This document shows, one piece after another, positions 24,566 to 29,402 of a stretch of DNA of 29,402 nucleotides. A model generated the notes under the pieces. It was not told the origin of the DNA. It searched no databases and worked only from the letters and a program-made list of their open reading frames with translations. The DNA comes from Promethearchaeia archaeon. GTDB taxonomy: Archaea; Asgardarchaeota; Lokiarchaeia; Sigyniarchaeales; SOKP01. The position numbers and the translations under genes were made by a program. Numbering within the stretch: position 1 is the stretch's first letter; each line of letters begins with the position of its first letter. The stretch is from positions 1 through 29,402 of the forward strand of contig JAWOCD010000077.1 of assembly GCA_046483985.1 (NCBI GenBank), in the 5' to 3' direction.

Positions 24566-24835
24566 GAGGAGGGCTTATACAAAGGGATTTTTACCTTTTT
24601 TCAGAGACTGGGCATAGGGATCCGAGTTTTAATCTTTTGGATTGTCCAATCAATCAGCTGATATGATCCGGCGGCTTCGAACACGGCAGCAGAACTGTTT
24701 GGACTGCGTGTCCAAGTATCTATTGTTCCTATGCTTATTATGGGGATTGGAATCGTGGTTTTTTGGCGATTATATCAAATTTCGCGTGTTGATTTGGAGA
24801 AAAATTTAGAAGAACTGGATAGGATGGGCCTTTAG
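24530..24835 (+). pseudogene. C-terminal fragment of a GPH/MelB-like MFS sugar transporter
   Basis: IVDVATIESEKHEEGLYKGIFTFFQRLG...IS*YDPAASNTAAELFGLRVQVSIVPML...FWRLYQIS...GL*. In-frame TGA at 24659-24661 where the family has Gly (GY-x-P). No start codon. Confidence 0.8.
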
Positions 24836-24859
24836 TTTAAATTTGTACTTATGGAAAGT

Positions 24860-25606
24860 TTATCGACTATTATTAAATAAAGAAAAGAAGAAGCCAAGGA
24901 TTGCGAATATCAAGGATATAATTAGCTTCCCTCTGCTAAAATCTACAGGAATAAATATAAGATATCCATAAAACGAAATAAATAATACGCCAGCAAGTAA
25001 GAACGGAAGTACGACCAAGATCACATCTCTTCCTAATTTTTTTAAACCTCGTGTAAGAGCAATACTTTTATCAACGTTCCCAGTTACATCCTTTCCTTTT
25101 TTCTTAATACCGGGTAAATTTAAAATCAGAAATATGCAGAGAATTCCGCTCATAACAAAAAAGAATAAATTTTTCCAGACATACACTGCAATAAAAAAGC
25201 TTAAGGATAAGCCAATGCAAATATATGATTCTACTCGGAAGATAACCTGCCTTTGAAAAATAGAATCTTGGTTAGAAGTGTTGTGGTGATAGATTGCATT
25301 GAGTATTAAGAGAGCGATTCCAAGAAGATAAATAATTACCATCTCTTTCCAGATGATCCAGAGAAGAATGCTGATTAAGCACGTGCACAACCCTAATGAA
25401 GAGAACAAATCTTTAACCTTGCTGATTTTCGCATTGATTATCCAGACAAAAAAGAATCCGACTAATGAGAGAAGGATATTGAAAAAAAGCATAGAGATAT
25501 TTACTCCAAAGAAATGAATTGTCCGTTCCAACATTATAACAATAGGGAGTATGGATAATATTAACGCCAATTGATCCTTAACAAAATTGATGAGGTTTTC
25601 ATTCAT
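24860..25606 (-). CDS. Hypothetical polytopic membrane protein (about 8 TM)
   Basis: 248 aa, strongly hydrophobic. TAATG coupling to the upstream gene at 25608-25604. Confidence 0.75.
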   Translation of the reverse strand: MNENLINFVKDQLALILSILPIVIMLERTIHFFGVNISMLFFNILLSLVGFFFVWIINAKISKVKDLFSSLGLCTCLISILLWIIWKEMVIIYLLGIALLILNAIYHHNTSNQDSIFQRQVIFRVESYICIGLSLSFFIAVYVWKNLFFFVMSGILCIFLILNLPGIKKKGKDVTGNVDKSIALTRGLKKLGRDVILVVLPFLLAGVLFISFYGYLIFIPVDFSRGKLIISLIFAILGFFFSLFNNSR

Positions 25607-27360
25607 TATCTGTTTATCCCCCCTTTATCGTTCTTTTTCCATAGAAAATAACTTGCGAGGCCCAAAAAAGTAAAAATTGCTACATGTAATCCCAAACTGT
25701 AGAAATCCATTCGCATTTGAGAAAGACTGCAAGAATAGAGATAGACAAATTGGTCGGGTCTTACAAATTCAATATTCAGATTTTCTGTACTTGAATATTC
25801 GACAACTTCTTCTATGAATCGAAAGTCTTGACTCCAACAATGTATCCACACGGGTAAAAACAGTGGTTGTTCCAAGGAATTCCATTTAAGGATATCTCCC
25901 AAACATGATGTCAATTCTGAAGATTCAATTCCGCATTTAAACATGGTAAACAGGGGAACATTGTTATCTGTCAATCGAATCGTATCCCAGACCATTTCGG
26001 AATATCCTACGAAGAGTGCTTCAGAGTCTGTCCCTCGCACCGTATTCGAAATGATATCCGGTTTGCTTAACCCTAAAGCCCAAATTTCTGATAAATCTAA
26101 TTCATCCATATAGGTATCCGTCAGTTTCAAAAACTCCTCGTAGGCATCGGTATTCATCACATCGGGATAAACATAGCCGGCACCGGAGGGACCCGCCACG
26201 AAATAATCAGAGTTCGTTGCATTGGAATAATAAAAATCTACTAAATGGGGGGCATACTTTAATGCCAAGGGAGAAATTGACCATCCGACCGGGATTTCGC
26301 TTGTTCTATTTTTCTGTTTCCAAATCTCTAACATCTGGTTTTCCATAAATTGTAAATTATCTCCGTCCGAAACAAGGAAGCTAATATAGAGTTTGTTTTC
26401 TAATTGGGGCGGATTATTTTCCCAAGTTCTGTCTTGTGAATATGTTTCTACTCCAAACTCTAAGTGGTTACAGAAGCCAAGATTGGAAGAGAAATCAGAG
26501 GCGACCAAATACAGCCCTGCCTCAGAAATAAGCCGCACCGTATTTCCTTCATTTGCGCCCGTTGCATATGGATAACCCAGAATTGGAGAATTTTGGGGAT
26601 AGAAATTAAAAACTTTAGAAATAAAATCCAGTTCCGCCTTATCACTTTCTAAGGTGTTTATATCCCATAAAGTGAAGATATTCTCTGCTACTAAAAGGTC
26701 AATCAAGTCGGCTCTCTGAGGCCCTTGCAACGCCAACGTTTGCTCATTTAATTTATTCTGTTTGAGATAGTTGTCATACAACCACTTGTACATCTCTAAA
26801 TATTCGGTATTCTCTTTCCATTTTTGAGCAAGATTTAGATCATCCAAAATGGGGATGGAAAAGTGGTTATGTAAGTATTCTGCTAACTGTGGATCGGCGA
26901 GAATGGCATTTTCTATACCACATAGTGGGATCCCGATATTTCGTGTATGTAAATTATCCGGATCATATACAATGAGTCCGGAGATATTACTTTTAAAGGT
27001 GGTTATCAATGAACTGAAATTATTATAGTAGTGGACCTCTTGCGGCTCTAACCGGTTCAGAAGGTATTCGCACCAAAATCGGTCTTTCTCATCATTAATG
27101 CCGAAAAGTTTGGGACCATCCTCATTAATGATCCCTTTAAGGGACAATCTGGCCATTTTACAGGAATAATTGGAAGTAAAATTGATTATATGAAGGGCAG
27201 TAAGATTGGTAGGCAAATTATTATTTGAGTTTTTTGGATAACTAGAGGAGATTGATTGATCTTTGCCAACGTGATATTCTCGATCCGTTGTTTGCATAGG
27301 AAAAAAGGGACATATTAAATTAATGAACAGCATCCAGCAAAATAGGTTTTTTCTTTTCAT
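25606..27360 (-). CDS. GxGYxYP-domain putative glycoside hydrolase/carbohydrate-active surface protein
   Basis: SDGDNLQF, PVGWSISP and GPSGAGYVYP motifs; signal peptide and C-terminal TM with basic tail. Confidence 0.88.
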   Translation of the reverse strand: MKRKNLFCWMLFINLICPFFPMQTTDREYHVGKDQSISSSYPKNSNNNLPTNLTALHIINFTSNYSCKMARLSLKGIINEDGPKLFGINDEKDRFWCEYLLNRLEPQEVHYYNNFSSLITTFKSNISGLIVYDPDNLHTRNIGIPLCGIENAILADPQLAEYLHNHFSIPILDDLNLAQKWKENTEYLEMYKWLYDNYLKQNKLNEQTLALQGPQRADLIDLLVAENIFTLWDINTLESDKAELDFISKVFNFYPQNSPILGYPYATGANEGNTVRLISEAGLYLVASDFSSNLGFCNHLEFGVETYSQDRTWENNPPQLENKLYISFLVSDGDNLQFMENQMLEIWKQKNRTSEIPVGWSISPLALKYAPHLVDFYYSNATNSDYFVAGPSGAGYVYPDVMNTDAYEEFLKLTDTYMDELDLSEIWALGLSKPDIISNTVRGTDSEALFVGYSEMVWDTIRLTDNNVPLFTMFKCGIESSELTSCLGDILKWNSLEQPLFLPVWIHCWSQDFRFIEEVVEYSSTENLNIEFVRPDQFVYLYSCSLSQMRMDFYSLGLHVAIFTFLGLASYFLWKKNDKGGINR

Positions 27361-27397
27361 TCTTCCTCATCCGGTTATTGAATTCATCCAATCTCAC

Positions 27398-29161
27398 TTA
27401 TCGGTATATATATATGAATCTTTCTATGAAATACAAGAATAAAAGATTATAGTAGCCGTTGAAATAGATGTCCGAGGCATGCCCACCACACGGAATCCAA
27501 ATAATAGCACAATCCTTTCGGCCCGCATTTTCATAATTTTCTTTTATAGATTCAGGGATATGAAACCAGTGTAAGATATCGTGCGTGCCTTGATATATCA
27601 AACACGGTGGGCTATTACTATCGATTAAGTTTTCTGGATTCGCCAGATTTTTATCTTTCACTTCAATTCCAAACCATCTCATCATCCTATTGGCAGGATA
27701 GAAGGGGATTAAACCTTTAATTGTCAGATTATTTCCAAAATGGTCAGTATATTTTTCGCTGGATATTCTCCAACCGAGTGCGCCGGTAAGATGCCCTCCT
27801 GCTGACCCTCCACTCACAAAAACTGAATTTAGATTCATATCTGGTTCTTGGGTTGTCACATCTCCGTCATATTCATTTGTATGATTTGCTATATATTTCG
27901 TAAAGTATCCAACAGAGGCAACTATCTCATCAATGGTATAATCCCCCAAGAGATATTCGGGAGTATTAGGGAGTCTAAAGCCGAGTTCCATATCATATTG
28001 GGCATATTGGACATCAAATACCACATATCCTTGCGCGGCAAAATATTTATTCATTTGTAACATACTTCCGGCGCCTTTATTATTCATTATCCACCCTCCT
28101 CCATGTAATCTAATTAGGATGCTGCCATTTCCTGGTAAATTCGTAGGCTCCTCTTTTGGGAAATATACATCATAATTCAGCGTCAAGTCTTCATTTTGGT
28201 AAAAGGTGATATTTTTTCCGATTTTGCAATCTGCGGGGGAAACACCTAATAAATATTGAGGGATTGTGAAAGGAGATTGCAGAAAATATTCCTCCTCCAC
28301 ATTCTCGGGAATCTTCTCTTGCCAATCGTTTCCAAACGCGTTGGAAAAGTTACGCGAGGCGCTGAATTGGGCTCCCGGCGTTGCAATTAACGGTATTAGT
28401 AGAAGTGAAGAGCTCATAACCCCAAGCAGACCGATAACCTTATATCGTTTCTGTTTCTTTCGAGCCCAGTGCATTCGTAACAAGAGAAAGGTATTAGCGA
28501 GAAGTATTACCGAAAAAAAGATTCCAAATTGCCCGGCAAGGGCGGTAGGAACAAATATAATATCGAAAAATGCTCCAAACGTTGCTGCAAATCCACAGTA
28601 TACCCCTCCAAGAAAGGAAAGGAATAAAAACAAGGTGAAAATAATCCGACCTATCTTACCCAATCTTTTCTTTTCGGAAGGTTTTTGAGCTTCTTTTTGC
28701 CATAATTGAACACGATTTCTCGTTTGCAATCCCAAAAACCCCATACTTGCTCCAAAGGAGTATACTGCAAAATAAAAGCCATAGATGATCCCATAGAAAA
28801 GGAGGTTGTCGTTCGAATACCTAACCGAAATTAGGAGATTACTTAGCATTATACCCGATATACTAATAATAACAAACAAAAAATAAAATATGCCGAAAAT
28901 ATTGAGATACTTGCCCGATTTATCTTGGGTATTCACCAAATTCACGCTTAAAAAGGTAAAAAAGAGGTTCCAAACCAATGTAACGAGCATAATTATTCCA
29001 ATAATATTCCAAAAAAAGGGATGTAAATCTATCAGGATGAATAAAATCCCGCCAAGAATGGATAAAACATTCAACAGCACCGTAATGAGGCTATTTTTCT
29101 TTGAAATTTTCATCCGGTTTAGCATATTTCCCATGTTTTCCATATAATTTTTTATTCTCAT
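27398..29161 (-). CDS. Alpha/beta-hydrolase (HSL-family esterase/lipase) fused to an N-terminal multi-TM domain
   Basis: LHGGGW oxyanion motif, GGSAGG nucleophile elbow, QGTHD and GGHASD; about 7 N-terminal TM segments. Confidence 0.88.
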   Translation of the reverse strand: MRIKNYMENMGNMLNRMKISKKNSLITVLLNVLSILGGILFILIDLHPFFWNIIGIIMLVTLVWNLFFTFLSVNLVNTQDKSGKYLNIFGIFYFLFVIISISGIMLSNLLISVRYSNDNLLFYGIIYGFYFAVYSFGASMGFLGLQTRNRVQLWQKEAQKPSEKKRLGKIGRIIFTLFLFLSFLGGVYCGFAATFGAFFDIIFVPTALAGQFGIFFSVILLANTFLLLRMHWARKKQKRYKVIGLLGVMSSSLLLIPLIATPGAQFSASRNFSNAFGNDWQEKIPENVEEEYFLQSPFTIPQYLLGVSPADCKIGKNITFYQNEDLTLNYDVYFPKEEPTNLPGNGSILIRLHGGGWIMNNKGAGSMLQMNKYFAAQGYVVFDVQYAQYDMELGFRLPNTPEYLLGDYTIDEIVASVGYFTKYIANHTNEYDGDVTTQEPDMNLNSVFVSGGSAGGHLTGALGWRISSEKYTDHFGNNLTIKGLIPFYPANRMMRWFGIEVKDKNLANPENLIDSNSPPCLIYQGTHDILHWFHIPESIKENYENAGRKDCAIIWIPCGGHASDIYFNGYYNLLFLYFIERFIYIYR

Positions 29162-29271
29162 TACTTATCCTCTTTTTCCTTTGAAATTGAAAGAATATCA
29201 TATTATTCCTTATAGATTTTTAATTTTTTTGTATAAATAAAATCTTCTATAATTATACAAATTCGATTTAA

Positions 29272-29402
29272 CGATCTGCGAAAGAAGTCCCCATCCCTTT
29301 AGGGTGGGGATGAATTTCGTATATTATACAAACATTTTTATATTTGGTTTGGTATTATCTTAGTAACCAAGTGAATAGAATGGGATACGAACTTGATAAA
29401 GG
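29272..29402 (+). mobile_element. Left end of an IS200/IS605-family element (partial)
   Basis: Hairpin TCCCCATCCCTTTAGGGTGGGGA at 29288-29310, similar to the right-end hairpin at 19169-19188. TTTAA at 29267-29271 is a candidate target motif. The boundary is inferred. Confidence 0.75.
29380..29402 (+). CDS. tnpA: Start of IS200-family Y1 transposase TnpA (partial)
   Basis: ATG GGA TAC GAA CTT GAT AAA GG = MGYELDK(G), resembling the archaeal TnpA N-terminus (Y-x-LDKG-x-HSVY), about 70 nt after the left-end hairpin. Only 7 full codons are visible. Confidence 0.65.

Noticed and set aside
24659-24661. In-frame TGA as selenocysteine or recoding
   Set aside because: It falls at a conserved Gly position (GGA>TGA) in a start-less fragment, and no SECIS-like element was recognised.
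26393-29147. Several short ORFs overlapping the GxGYxYP and esterase genes
   Set aside because: Nested or antisense to well-supported long CDSs, with no independent evidence.
19168-29310. Composite transposon bounded by the two IS200/IS605 hairpins
   Set aside because: The order is right end then left end, so the ends face outward and do not enclose the intervening DNA as a left-to-right unit.

Overview
An AT-rich archaeal chromosomal segment. The gene style (Loki-CTERM-like surface protein, longin-like and TrmB-like hypothetical proteins, geranylgeranyl reductase, TATA-type promoters) suggests an Asgard archaeon, probably Lokiarchaeia; this is inference. From left to right: a large 3'-truncated secreted Ig-like/S-layer-like protein (minus strand, missing from the ORF track), then a divergent pair of unusual genes (a longin-like + winged-helix protein, and a Zn-module/TrmB-HTH/22-mer coiled-coil/TrmB-effector protein). 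Next come an MBL hydrolase, uvsE, a geranylgeranyl reductase, an HGSNAT/NagX-like acetyltransferase, an acyl-CoA dehydrogenase-etfB-etfA operon and a stand-alone HerA-like ATPase with an atypical insertion. These are followed by an IS200/IS605 tnpB remnant whose right end supplies the stop codon of a DUF2156-like gene, a bacterial-type (class I) GAPDH, an MNT-HEPN toxin-antitoxin pair, a beta-propeller surface protein, a membrane esterase/GxGYxYP/membrane-protein operon and the left end of an IS200/IS605 element with the start of tnpA. Several intergenic gaps hold unannotated gene relics (AbrB-like, SF1 helicase, ferredoxin, GPH transporter). No rRNA, tRNA or CRISPR array was seen.
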